From the NCBI GenBank assembly GCA_024404315.1, contig JAKSQD010000005.1, positions 599 to 64,598 on the forward strand: a stretch of 64,000 nt of DNA, read 5' to 3'. Below, in pieces: positions 20,963 through 30,566 of this stretch. The notes below the pieces were generated by a model. That model ran no database searches. It worked only from the letters and a program-made list of their open reading frames with translations, and was not told the DNA's origin. This stretch comes from Oscillospiraceae bacterium. GTDB lineage: Bacteria > Bacillota > Clostridia > Oscillospirales > Oscillospiraceae. The position numbers and the translations under genes were made by a program. Numbering within the stretch: position 1 is the first letter of the stretch; every line of letters starts with the position of its first letter.

Positions 20963-21361
20963 ATGCCAAAAAAAGGACGCAAGACGACACCCAGCATCTC
21001 ACCGGCCATGATGACAGCAACATTGCTCACCGGCGCTCTGGTCGCCTTTGGCGTGTGCGGGCTGGGATTGGCGCTGTCCGCTGGTTTGGTGTTGGCCGGA
21101 AGGTTGGGAGAGGATGCGGTGACGAGGTGCTGCTGCGTCAGCCTGGGGATTGGATGCTTTATCGGTGGACTATACACCGCTTTGAGCTGTAAGGTGCGAA
21201 TGCTGGCGGCATCGTTGGGTGCGGGGCTGATAACCGTTGCTTTTTTTGCTGCCATTGGGTTTGGATGCTTTGGGGGAATTGCTCCTCCCCTGCTGGGCAC
21301 CAATCTGCTGGCGGCGGCCTTGGGCAGCGGTCTGGCTGGATTGGTCTCGGTTCGGCATTAA
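20963..21361 (+). CDS. Small 4-TM membrane protein (TIGR04086-like)
   Basis: Hydrophobic Gly-rich helices; occupies the usual position between yajC and the SCIFF precursor. Confidence 0.6.
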   Translation: MPKKGRKTTPSISPAMMTATLLTGALVAFGVCGLGLALSAGLVLAGRLGEDAVTRCCCVSLGIGCFIGGLYTALSCKVRMLAASLGAGLITVAFFAAIGFGCFGGIAPPLLGTNLLAAALGSGLAGLVSVRH

Positions 21362-21417
21362 GCGCCTACGCCAGAAAAACTTTTCCCGAATTCCCCCCTT
21401 TTTTCATTGGAAATCCA

Positions 21418-21446
21418 TTGCAATTCCGTTTTCTTTATGCTATACT
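21418..21446 (+). promoter_or_regulatory. sigma-A promoter for the SCIFF operon
   Basis: TTGCAA-17 bp-TATACT. Confidence 0.6.
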
Positions 21447-21478
21447 CAAGGAAATACAGATGTAAGGAGGAGAGTATC

Positions 21479-21622
21479 TTGAAGCACGTTAAGACTCTTG
21501 CTGGCGCCACTCTGAAGATGAGCGCCGCTCACGGTGGCTGTGGTGAGTGCCAGACTTCCTGCCAGTCCGCCTGCAAGACTTCCTGCACCGTCGCTAACCA
21601 GAAGTGCGAGCAGTCCAAGTAA
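21479..21622 (+). CDS. scfA: Six-cysteine ranthipeptide precursor (SCIFF)
   Basis: TTG start after SD AAGGAGG; MKHVKTL...GGCGECQTSCQSACKTSCTVANQKC. Confidence 0.96.
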   Translation: MKHVKTLAGATLKMSAAHGGCGECQTSCQSACKTSCTVANQKCEQSK

Positions 21623-21762
21623 GCGATGCAAGTCCTACGAAAGGCTTTCTGTCATCCACACAGAGAGCCTTTCTTTTGCGTTTTTATCGTTTTATGGTGG
21701 AATAAATGAGAATTTCTGGCTACTAGATGGCCATTTTGATACGACTGAGAGGATTTTAATCT

Positions 21763-23124
21763 ATGATTCATACCTTTGAGGCACTGGGCTGCCACATTGC
21801 CCTGGACGTTGCCAGCGGCGCTGTTCATGTGCTGGACAAGATGAGCTATGATCTGCTCAACTGCGTGGAGCCCCCCATGGCGGAACACTGCCCCGCTGAG
21901 GTTGCCGAAAAACTGCCTCAGTACGACGCTGCCGCTCTGGAGGAGTGCTGGCAGGAGCTGCTGGAGCTGGTGAAGGCTCATCAGCTGTTTGAAGAGGAAA
22001 CCTACATTGACCCCAGCTGGGCTGTGGTGAAAAACACCCCCATCAAAGCGCTGTGCCTGAACGTCGCCCATGACTGCAACCTGCGCTGTAAGTACTGCTT
22101 TGCTTCTAAGGGTGGTTACGGCACGGGTCGAATGCTGATGAGCTTTGAAACCGCCAAGCGTGCCATTGATTTTGTGGTGGAACGCTCCGGCAAGCGTCAG
22201 AACATTGAGGTTGACTTCTTCGGCGGTGAGCCGATGATGGCTCTGGACACCTGCAAAAAGACGGTGGAGTATGCCCGTTCCATTGAAGAAAAGACCGGTA
22301 AGAAGTTCCGCTTCACCATGACCACCAACGGAATGCTGCTCAACGACGAGAACATGAAGTACTTCAACGAGGAGATGAAGAACTGCGTTCTGTCTTTGGA
22401 TGGCCGTCCGTGCGTCAATGATAAGATGCGTGTCACTGCTGGCGGCCACGGAAGCTATGATATCATTGTTCCCAAGTTCCAGAAGCTGGTGGCAGGCCGT
22501 GGCGACAAGGAATATTATGCCCGTGGCACCTTTACCCGTGAAAATCTGGACTTCGCTGACGATGTCATGCACATGGCCGATGAGTTGGGCTTTAAGAATG
22601 TCTCCGTGGAGCCCGCTGTTGGTAAGGCGGATGATCCTCTGGCCATCACCGAGGAGCAGGTTCCCCAGGTCTGCGCGGAATACGAAAAGCTGGCAGAGCG
22701 TTTGGTCAACCGTCCCGACATCAATTTCTTCCACTTCTTCGTGGATTTGGAGCAGGGTCCCTGCGTCATTAAGAGAATGCGTGGCTGCGGCGCTGGTAAT
22801 GAGTATGTGGCCATCACTCCCGAAGGTGACATTTACCCCTGTCATCAGTTTGTGGGCAACCCTGATTTCAAAATCGGCAACCTCTATGAAGGAACCTTTG
22901 ACAAGGAAATTGCGGAGAAGTTCTGCGGTGTCAACGTCTATACCAAGGAAGACTGCCGAAAATGCTGGGCCAAGTTCTACTGCTCCGGCGGCTGTTCCGC
23001 AGGCAACTACAACGTAAACGGCGACATCATGAAGCCCTCTAAGGTCGCCTGCGAATTGGAGCGCAAGAGACTGGAATGCGCCATTGCCATCAAAGCCATC
23101 CGTGCAGGACTGGCCGAAGAATAA
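21763..23124 (+). CDS. scfB: SCIFF thioether-forming radical SAM/SPASM maturase
   Basis: CNLRCKYC, DFFGGEP, SPASM GCGAG..YPCHQF..C..C.....C.GGC. Confidence 0.96.
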   Translation: MIHTFEALGCHIALDVASGAVHVLDKMSYDLLNCVEPPMAEHCPAEVAEKLPQYDAAALEECWQELLELVKAHQLFEEETYIDPSWAVVKNTPIKALCLNVAHDCNLRCKYCFASKGGYGTGRMLMSFETAKRAIDFVVERSGKRQNIEVDFFGGEPMMALDTCKKTVEYARSIEEKTGKKFRFTMTTNGMLLNDENMKYFNEEMKNCVLSLDGRPCVNDKMRVTAGGHGSYDIIVPKFQKLVAGRGDKEYYARGTFTRENLDFADDVMHMADELGFKNVSVEPAVGKADDPLAITEEQVPQVCAEYEKLAERLVNRPDINFFHFFVDLEQGPCVIKRMRGCGAGNEYVAITPEGDIYPCHQFVGNPDFKIGNLYEGTFDKEIAEKFCGVNVYTKEDCRKCWAKFYCSGGCSAGNYNVNGDIMKPSKVACELERKRLECAIAIKAIRAGLAEE

Positions 23125-23154
23125 GGTCATCCAACAATTAAATCAAATCCTCAA

Positions 23155-23192
23155 TGGGTCTGGAGCGCAACGCCTGCGTTCCAGACCTTTTC
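23155..23192 (+). terminator. Hairpin terminator between convergent scfB and gluQ
   Basis: GGTCTGGAGCGCA...TGCGTTCCAGACC TTTT. Confidence 0.65.
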
Positions 23193-23208
23193 TGTTGCCA
23201 AGAGGCTC

Positions 23209-24147
23209 TTATGGAACAACAATATCCATTTTTTGCACTTTAGCCCAGTCAAATTCCGAAATCAGTTCAGCAGCAGAGACTTTTTTCGGGCGTTCGAGCA
23301 GTCCAGCCCAATGCGCCAACAGGCCGATGACTTCTTCTGGTGCGGTTCCTTTGGCACGAATGGCACCCAAATCAATATCCCGCTGACGCTTGGACAAACG
23401 GTGTCCATCCGAACCGTAAAGCAGCGGAATATGATAGTGCTCCGGCGTGGCAAAGCCCAGCTCACGTTGAAGCCAGATTTGCCTGGGCGTGGAATCCAGC
23501 AGGTCACAGCCCCGCACCACCTGATTGATTCCCATCAGAGCATCATCCACTACAACCGCCAGCTGATAAGCATAAACGCCATCGCTGCGGCGCAGGATAA
23601 AATCTCCACACTCGGTTTCCAGATTCTGAGAGACCTCCCCCATCACGCCATCTGTGAAGGAAATCCGTTCGTTCGGCACACGAACCCGAAGCGCTGGACG
23701 GCGCAGCTTTGCTTTCTCCTTTCTTTGCTCTGGGGTCAAGCTTCGGCAAGCGCCGCCATAGAGCAGCACACCATCCGACCGGTGAGGGGCGGAAGCCGCA
23801 TGAAGCTCATTTCGGGAGCAATAACAGGGATACAGCAAGCCTTTTTCCTGCAAAAACTCGGTATAAGTGCGGTAAAGGTCACTCCGCTTGCTCTGTAGGT
23901 AAGTATCGCCTTCCTCAAGGCCGCCTCGATCCCAGGTCAGTCCCAGCCAGCGAAAATCTTCTTCCACCTGCTCACAGTAGGCTCGTTTGCATCGGGCGGG
24001 ATCCAAATCCTCCAGACGCAGCACCAGCTCTCCGCCAGCACTGCGAACGGACAGCCACGCCAGGAGAGCAGAAAAGGCGTTTCCCAAGTGCATTCGGCCA
24101 CTGGGCGAGGGCGCAAAGCGGCCTATTACTTTTTTCTCATCGTTCAT
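23209..24147 (-). CDS. gluQ: tRNA glutamyl-Q(34) synthetase (GluQ-RS)
   Basis: GRFAPSPSGRMHLGN, YPCYCSR, YQLAVVVDD, RLSKR; no anticodon-binding domain. Confidence 0.92.
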   Translation of the reverse strand: MNDEKKVIGRFAPSPSGRMHLGNAFSALLAWLSVRSAGGELVLRLEDLDPARCKRAYCEQVEEDFRWLGLTWDRGGLEEGDTYLQSKRSDLYRTYTEFLQEKGLLYPCYCSRNELHAASAPHRSDGVLLYGGACRSLTPEQRKEKAKLRRPALRVRVPNERISFTDGVMGEVSQNLETECGDFILRRSDGVYAYQLAVVVDDALMGINQVVRGCDLLDSTPRQIWLQRELGFATPEHYHIPLLYGSDGHRLSKRQRDIDLGAIRAKGTAPEEVIGLLAHWAGLLERPKKVSAAELISEFDWAKVQKMDIVVP

Positions 24148-24260
24148 ACTCTATGTTCTCCTTTTGAGGCTGGTTTGGGAATACAGCCCCCTAAAAAATT
24201 CATGCCGACAAGAAGTTTCCTCCTCTGTCGGCATGAATGGTTTTTCATTTTACAAAGGGT

Positions 24261-25331
24261 TTAACGGTGGCCGCCACGACCTCCGCCGAAGCCACCGCCA
24301 TGGAATCCACCAAAGCCGCCGCCTCGACTTCCACCGAACCCGCCGCCACGGAATCCGCCGCCGTGTCCGCCAAAACCGCCGGAACGAGGACGAGAACTGC
24401 TGCTGAACAGGTTCCCGGTACGGGGGCGGTGACTGCTCGGACGATAACCCGGATTTGGTCTGCCATTGCCAGGACGAGGTCCACCAACCGGCCCCCTTGG
24501 CCCACCGAAGCCACCCATAGGAGGTCGAGGCCGGAAGGTGTTCCAGAAAAAGATGGGGCGGAACACCACGGGAGGACGGGGCATATAACCATAGCTCCGA
24601 TACCAGGTGTTATATCTGGCTCTATCAATGGATTGTAGGATGAAAAAGAGAATCACCAAGAGGATCAGCAGACCCATAATAGAAAAGGAACCTTCTCCAC
24701 CACGGCTATACTGAGGAGCGTCCCACAAGGCGCTCCCCATGTTGTACTGTTCGTAGTTGTTGGGTGTCCGTCCGGTGGATTTGAAATAAGCGTTCAATCC
24801 CTTCATCAGGTTGAGAACGGCTGTGTCATAATCACCTTGAAAGAAGGAGGTTTCCACATACTTGGTCAAATATCCCTCATAGTCAAAGCCGGGATAGTCG
24901 CCGCCTTCGTAAAGATAAGCATTCTGACCACCGATGTCCATGACAAGGATCATATCACCGGAGCCGAGATCCCACTGGTTCGCCATGGTCAAGACGTAAG
25001 TCTCAGAATCCCATCCTTCCATGCTGCTCACCGCAGCCACGGCAACATAAGCATAATAATCCTTGTCAAACTGACGGTTCCAAGTGCGGATTTTATCCTC
25101 GGTCTTGCTGCTGAGGACTCCGGCTTCATCGCAAACCCAGTCATCCAGATTCAGAGTGGGCATTGAAACCCGCTGGACGGCCGCTCCGGGCTGAGGCGTA
25201 ACCTGAACCGAAGTTCCTGGCGACGCCGTGACAGGCTGCTGGTGATTGGTCAGCGCATAACCGCCGCAGCCCAGCACCACCAAAGCAGTTATGGCAACCG
25301 CCACAGGGAATTTCTTAAAAAAGTTCATCAT
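24261..25331 (-). CDS. TPM-domain membrane protein with Pro/Arg/Gly-rich tail
   Basis: V.DEAGVLS, VAAV.S, A.QWDLG..D.ILV, F.QGDY; TM helix; GGFGG repeats. Confidence 0.85.
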   Translation of the reverse strand: MMNFFKKFPVAVAITALVVLGCGGYALTNHQQPVTASPGTSVQVTPQPGAAVQRVSMPTLNLDDWVCDEAGVLSSKTEDKIRTWNRQFDKDYYAYVAVAAVSSMEGWDSETYVLTMANQWDLGSGDMILVMDIGGQNAYLYEGGDYPGFDYEGYLTKYVETSFFQGDYDTAVLNLMKGLNAYFKSTGRTPNNYEQYNMGSALWDAPQYSRGGEGSFSIMGLLILLVILFFILQSIDRARYNTWYRSYGYMPRPPVVFRPIFFWNTFRPRPPMGGFGGPRGPVGGPRPGNGRPNPGYRPSSHRPRTGNLFSSSSRPRSGGFGGHGGGFRGGGFGGSRGGGFGGFHGGGFGGGRGGHR

Positions 25332-25392
25332 ATTGCCTCATTTCACAAGCACTGGTTGACCGTTTTTGTGCTGCTGATTGACCGACAGGCGC

Positions 25393-26547
25393 TTACTTTC
25401 TCAGCTCCAGCAGCTTCTGACGAAGCTCACCCTCGATGCGCCCCAGTTCTTCTTCGGCCACAGCACGCTGCTGACGACCTTCTTTCTGAATGTTCATCAC
25501 TTCATCCAGCGTTTCAATCAAGCTGCGGTTGGTCTGCTTCAAGGTTTCCAGATCCACAATGCCACGCTCTGCTTCCCGAGCGGTGTTAATGGTGCCGACC
25601 TTCAGCATCTCCGCATTCTTCTTCAACAGGTCATTGGTCATGTTGGTGACAGCAGCCTGAGCAGCGGTTGCCTGACGGGAGCGTTCCAGACCCAAAGAGA
25701 TCACCATCTGGCTCTTCCACAGAGGAATGGTGTTCATGATGCTGGTGTCAATCTTCTCAATCATCATGGTGTCGTTGTTTTGCAGCAAACGGGTCTGGGG
25801 TCCCATCTGCAAAGAAATCATGCGGGTCAGCTCCAGATCTCCGATTTTCTTTTCAAAACGCTCCACCAGGTTGGACAGATCATTATAAGCCTCTGCGTCT
25901 TCCTGAGCGCCGGAAGCAATGGCCTTTCTCCGCAGTTCTTCCAGATCGCCAGCCTTCACCTCTGCCAGTTTCTTTTTACCGGCAACGATGTACATGGTCA
26001 GTTCTTTATAGTACTGCTGATTCAGGTTATACATTTCGTCCAGCATGGCAACGTCTTTCATCAGCTTGAGCTTGTGCTGCTCCAGAATGCCGCTGATTTT
26101 GTCCACGTTGGCTTCGGCTGCGGCGTTCTTTGCCCGTGCTTTGTCAGCGTCTTTCTTAAAGCTGCTGAAAAATCCCTTCTTTTTCTGGGATTCGGGATCC
26201 TCGGGGCTGTAGTTTTTCAGCTCAGTGACCAGGTTGGCCAAATCTTCGCCCACGCCTGCGCCCAGGTCTTTGGTGCGAACCTGATTGAGAGCGGTCTCAG
26301 AGAAAGCAGCGATATGCTTTTGGGCGGCGCTGCCGTACTGCATGACCTGCTGGGTATCGGTGATGTCAATTTTGGTCACAAAATCATTGACCACCTTTTT
26401 TTCGGCCTCACTGAGCATGGAATCGTCGATGACAACGGGCTTTACTTCTTCAGCGGGTTGTTCCTCGACGGCCAGGGCAGGGGCTGCCTGCACAGCGGGT
26501 TCTTCCACGGGCTCTAGGGTCAGGCTGGGCATTGCTAATTCACTCAT
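25393..26547 (-). CDS. telA: Toxic anion resistance protein (TelA family)
   Basis: YGSAAQ..IA.FS, L.KD..MLDEMY.LN.QYYKEL..YI.AG, TIPLWKSQ, RGIVD.ETL. Confidence 0.9.
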   Translation of the reverse strand: MSELAMPSLTLEPVEEPAVQAAPALAVEEQPAEEVKPVVIDDSMLSEAEKKVVNDFVTKIDITDTQQVMQYGSAAQKHIAAFSETALNQVRTKDLGAGVGEDLANLVTELKNYSPEDPESQKKKGFFSSFKKDADKARAKNAAAEANVDKISGILEQHKLKLMKDVAMLDEMYNLNQQYYKELTMYIVAGKKKLAEVKAGDLEELRRKAIASGAQEDAEAYNDLSNLVERFEKKIGDLELTRMISLQMGPQTRLLQNNDTMMIEKIDTSIMNTIPLWKSQMVISLGLERSRQATAAQAAVTNMTNDLLKKNAEMLKVGTINTAREAERGIVDLETLKQTNRSLIETLDEVMNIQKEGRQQRAVAEEELGRIEGELRQKLLELRK

Positions 26548-26690
26548 GTTTTTTCCTCCGGTCTTTTCGGTCGTGGAACGGAAGCAGTCTGTGCGTTCCG
26601 TTCCTTCTCTTAGAGATTAGTATCTATCACAAACGTGAAAAATCAATGGGTAAATAATGAATATTTTTTTAAGATTTTCCAGTGGTTCGG

Positions 26691-27185
26691 TCAGGCGTTT
26701 TTCACCTCATCAGGACGAGGAACCTTGCGCTCTCGGTAATAGGAGCCCATGGTAAAGCGTCGGTCATAGGTCAGCTCTGGACCGAGGAACGACAGCGGCT
26801 CCCAAGCGTTAGCGGCCTCCTCGCTCTCAAATTCCACTTCGGCGTAAGAAAAAGCACCATAATCCACAACGGAGCATTCCAGAATGTTTCCATCTGGTAG
26901 ACGATAGGCATGATAATCCTTATGCACCATGGGATGCTCCAGCATACCGGCCAGTTCCTCAAACTGCGTTTTCTCAATGGGCGTTTCCACCTCATGGCGG
27001 GAAAGTGTGCCTCGGCTTTTGATGCAAAGAATATACGTTTCACTGCCGGTGTCGCAGTTATGACTGCGGCGGATTCGGACTGTAACGGGCACAGTGGTCA
27101 AATATCCCTGCTCGGTTTCCAGATGAACCAGCTCGGGATATGCAGTGGGAAAGTCTGTGATCCAGAATTTACGTTCGATTTCCAT
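26691..27185 (-). CDS. CYTH-domain protein
   Basis: MEIERKF (ExExK), QGYL, VRIRR, EVET.I, AEVEF. Confidence 0.92.
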   Translation of the reverse strand: MEIERKFWITDFPTAYPELVHLETEQGYLTTVPVTVRIRRSHNCDTGSETYILCIKSRGTLSRHEVETPIEKTQFEELAGMLEHPMVHKDYHAYRLPDGNILECSVVDYGAFSYAEVEFESEEAANAWEPLSFLGPELTYDRRFTMGSYYRERKVPRPDEVKNA

Positions 27186-27498
27186 ACGCTCAAACCTCCA
27201 AAACTCTCTGATTTTAGTTTATACGTTTCCAGGGCTTCCGTCAAGGTATTTTCTGTATTTTTGCGGATTATCTCACAGAAGCTCCGGGGTTTCCAACGGG
27301 ATGCGCCCCGCTCTTTCCCGCAGACATATGATGGAAGGCATGAATTTTTCCCAGTTTGCTGGAAATTTTTTGTGTCATCTGGTAACATTTTGTTACTTTT
27401 ATTCTTCTCTTCATCTGAGTTTGTTTTATTTTTTTAAACTTTTTATCTCCATTTTTTGCGTTCATGATTCGTTCACAATTAAAATGTTATCATTTAGG

Positions 27499-27527
27499 TT
27501 GACAAATAGGTATTTTAGGTATACAAT
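27499..27527 (+). promoter_or_regulatory. sigma-A promoter for the 3D/G5 gene
   Basis: TTGACA-17 bp-TACAAT. Confidence 0.8.
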
Positions 27528-27611
27528 TCAATCATTCAAGGATTGTTACAAAAATTACAAATCGTAACCAAGCTATCAGAAATCCAAACATCTGACTCGG
27601 AGGTTTTGTTC

Positions 27612-28733
27612 ATGTCTCACCAAAGTTCCGCAGCAGCAAAGGACTGGTTCTCTGTCATCCTTCGTCTGACCGTTGTGTTCGCAATGGTTCTGGCATTTGT
27701 TTTTTCCGCAAACGCAAAAAGCATTTATACCATTCAGGCCGATTCCTCCATTTTTACCGTGGAATCTGAAAGCCTGGAGGAAGAACAGTTAAATGATCGT
27801 GAAGTGATGACCGGCATTTTAAATGAGGCTGGCGTGGATATTAATTCCACCGATCAGATTATCCCCATCGGTTATGTGGACAGCGGTGACAGCTCTTTGG
27901 ATCCGGTGCTGGAAGTAACCGTCACCCGTGCGCAATACGCCACTGTCACCGTGGACGGCGCTTTCTCCACCACGCTGCTGCAAGAAGGCGATACCGCCCA
28001 GGATTTGATTGACCGCCTGAACATTGAGTTGGGCGAATTTGACATCATCACCCTCAACGGCGAAGATATCAGCAAAGACCTAAGCGTAGCCGTGGCGGGC
28101 AATGATTCCATCTCCATCAGCCGAGTGGAAATCAGCTATTTTGATAAGGTAAAGGAATTTGGATATGATTCCTACCGGGTGGCAGACCCCTATAGCTCCA
28201 TCGGTACCGAGTACATCAAGCAATATGGCTCCAAAGCCAAAAAAACGACCACTTATAAAAAGACCATCGTGGACGGCGGCAAGCCTGTGGTGAAGAAGGT
28301 CAATACCGAGTATGTGGACGCTGTGGACGAAATCACGGCCTACGGTACCAGAGTTTCCTTCCCGGAGCTTTCCAGTCTGAGCGCTTCTCGTACCTACATC
28401 ACCAACCGAGACGAGGCGGAAAAAACCATCACCCTTTCAGATGGTTCCACTTACGGCTACAGCTCCATTCAGAGCTTTACCGCTACCGCTTACACCTCTA
28501 ACAATGGCCGCACCTCTACTGGCCGCACCGCTCAGGTCGGCGTGGTGGCGGTGGATCCCAACGTGATTCCTTATGGTACGCTGATGTATATTTACAGCGG
28601 CGGCATTAACTACGGTGTCTGCGTCGCCGGTGACTGCGGCGTTCACGGAAGAACCATTGACCTGTATTATAATTCCTCTTCTGCGTGCTACTCCTTTGGA
28701 CGCAGAGACATCACGGTTTACTTCCTGAACTGA
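27612..28733 (+). CDS. Cell-wall protein with ubiquitin-like/G5 and 3D domains (YabE-like)
   Basis: Signal/TM region; G5-like segment; ATAYT, T.TGR, VAVDP.VIPYGT, AGDCG, IDLY. Confidence 0.9.
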   Translation: MSHQSSAAAKDWFSVILRLTVVFAMVLAFVFSANAKSIYTIQADSSIFTVESESLEEEQLNDREVMTGILNEAGVDINSTDQIIPIGYVDSGDSSLDPVLEVTVTRAQYATVTVDGAFSTTLLQEGDTAQDLIDRLNIELGEFDIITLNGEDISKDLSVAVAGNDSISISRVEISYFDKVKEFGYDSYRVADPYSSIGTEYIKQYGSKAKKTTTYKKTIVDGGKPVVKKVNTEYVDAVDEITAYGTRVSFPELSSLSASRTYITNRDEAEKTITLSDGSTYGYSSIQSFTATAYTSNNGRTSTGRTAQVGVVAVDPNVIPYGTLMYIYSGGINYGVCVAGDCGVHGRTIDLYYNSSSACYSFGRRDITVYFLN

Positions 28734-28754
28734 TTCTTGCTTCTCCAATCCATC

Positions 28755-28793
28755 AAACAGCTCTCGGTTGCACGCCGAGAGCTGTTTCTTTTT
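28755..28793 (+). terminator. Rho-independent terminator after the 3D gene; marks the left edge of the cas block
   Basis: AAACAGCTCTCGG-7 nt-CCGAGAGCTGTTT CTTTTT. Confidence 0.85.
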
Positions 28794-28898
28794 ACGTTTT
28801 TTCTCATATCTCCGAACGGAACGACAATTTTCCCGATGATAGATTGTAGCGGATAAGCTCTTAAAGCGTATTTCTCATGATGATTGCGTGGAAGAAGG

Positions 28899-28944
28899 TT
28901 GATTTCCGCTTTTTCATGCTGTAAACTAAAAAAGCATGATAAAA
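28899..28944 (+). promoter_or_regulatory. Putative cas operon promoter with an inverted repeat around the -10
   Basis: TTGATT-17 bp-TAAACT; TCATGCT-N12-AGCATGA flanks the -10. Confidence 0.5.
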
Positions 28945-28997
28945 ACACACATGACCGAGTTACACCGAATGACAACCGGATAGGAAAGAGGCGCAGT

Positions 28998-30566
28998 ATG
29001 AGCATTCAGACAACACCGGAGGTACTGACCATTCTGGAAGTGACCCAAAAACAGGCTTATATCTTCGGAGATAAGCACCTGATGGAGAATGTTAAGCGTT
29101 CCAGCCTGATTGAAGTGGTCACATCTCCCCGTTTTTTTAAATCCATCCCTGACAGCGGATATCAGCCGGACAACCTGGTCTATGCAGGCGGCGGTCATAC
29201 CATTTTGCAATTTGACAGCGCCGACAGCGCCAGACACTTTGTTCAGGCTGTGACCCGCAAAGCATATCTGGATCATGGGATTGAGCTATTTGCAAAAACC
29301 ATCCCCTACCGCACCGACCAAACACCCGGCCAAAACATGAAAGCGCTCATACAGGCATTGGAGAAGAAAAAGAGCCTGCGTCTCTTAGCCTTCCGTCAAC
29401 ACGGAATCGGACTGGAAAAAGAGAAGGAAAGAACCATCCCTATGCCGAACATCCCAGAAGAAGAGCCGGAAACTGAAAAGGCAAAGAAAAGAAAAGCCGA
29501 AGAAAACCTGAAACAGTTGGAATTCCCCACTGAAATCAAAACACTGTGTGGGAAGGATAACTTCTTCGCCGTGGTTCACATTGATGGCAACGGCATGGGC
29601 GCAAAATCTCAAGCTGTCACCGAAAAGGCAGGAAACGATTGGAATAGCTGCTGTGAAAAACACAGAGCGTTCAGTGATGATGTGGATCACTCTTTCAAAA
29701 AGGCTCTGCGCTCTGTGGTGGAGCTGGTAGATTATCACCGCTGGTATGGTACCTTTGAGAAGCTGGGCTTTGACAGTCAGAGCGAAATTGTTCCAATTAG
29801 ACCGCTCATCTGTGCCGGTGACGATGTAACCTTCCTCGTTCCTGCCTCCATCGCCTTGGAATGCGCCGCCTCCTATCTGCGGACACTGGATGAACAGACT
29901 GATGGGAGATATTCTGCTTGCGCCGGAATTGCAATGGTTCATCAGAAGTATCCCTTCCACCGTGCCTATGATCTGGCCGAGCATCTGTGCGACAGCGCCA
30001 AGCGTTACGCCGCCGAGCTGGCAGAAAAAGCCGACAACAATCAAGAGCGCATTGCCACGATGGATTGGCACATGGAGTTTGGTCAGGGTAAGAGTACATT
30101 GGGGGCAATTCGTGAGGATTATCTCACCGACGAGAGTGGAAACGGCACGAAGGAGGCTCCCGTTTCCACGATGACCCTTCGCCCGCTGTGCGTGAATGGT
30201 TTCTATGAGACCCCCTACCGCACCTATGATTTCTTTATCCGCCTGTTTGAGCTGCTGACAAAGGAAAAGTATCCACGCAGCAAGGTGAAGGGGTTGCGTG
30301 AAACGCTGAAAAAGAGTGAAGAGCAAATTCAGGTGTATCTCAGAAAGAACCAAATTCAAAAGCTTACCAAGCTGGGGATGCAGGCGGAGAGAGAGGATGC
30401 CGTCCGGTATGTCTATGAACAGGGCAAAATCTTGGCCGCTGTGAGTACCATCTGTGAGGAGCGAGCAGAGGGACATCAGACGCAGTTTGTCCGACGCAGG
30501 CTTTATTTCGATGTCATCGAGCTGATGGATCGTATGATTCTGCTGAGAAAGGAGGAAGAGGCATGA
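28998..30566 (+). CDS. cas10: Cas10 large subunit, HD-less (type III-D/Dv-like), palm motif AGDD
   Basis: KQAYIF N-terminal motif, VVHIDGNGMG, RPLICAGDDVTFL, SACAGIA, YPF..AY.LAE.L; 522 aa with no HD domain. Confidence 0.9.
   Translation: MSIQTTPEVLTILEVTQKQAYIFGDKHLMENVKRSSLIEVVTSPRFFKSIPDSGYQPDNLVYAGGGHTILQFDSADSARHFVQAVTRKAYLDHGIELFAKTIPYRTDQTPGQNMKALIQALEKKKSLRLLAFRQHGIGLEKEKERTIPMPNIPEEEPETEKAKKRKAEENLKQLEFPTEIKTLCGKDNFFAVVHIDGNGMGAKSQAVTEKAGNDWNSCCEKHRAFSDDVDHSFKKALRSVVELVDYHRWYGTFEKLGFDSQSEIVPIRPLICAGDDVTFLVPASIALECAASYLRTLDEQTDGRYSACAGIAMVHQKYPFHRAYDLAEHLCDSAKRYAAELAEKADNNQERIATMDWHMEFGQGKSTLGAIREDYLTDESGNGTKEAPVSTMTLRPLCVNGFYETPYRTYDFFIRLFELLTKEKYPRSKVKGLRETLKKSEEQIQVYLRKNQIQKLTKLGMQAEREDAVRYVYEQGKILAAVSTICEERAEGHQTQFVRRRLYFDVIELMDRMILLRKEEEA

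Noticed and set aside
26691-27185. CYTH protein as a type III accessory or as the missing VTC
   Set aside because: Opposite strand, separated from the cas block by a housekeeping gene and terminator, and of the short generic CYTH type.
27530-27611. c-di-AMP riboswitch upstream of the 3D/G5 gene
   Set aside because: The 5' UTR is about 80 nt and lacks the conserved ydaO helices.
28734-28997. Possible CRISPR leader or array upstream of cas10
   Set aside because: No repeated 25-40 bp unit found; only a terminator and a promoter-like segment.
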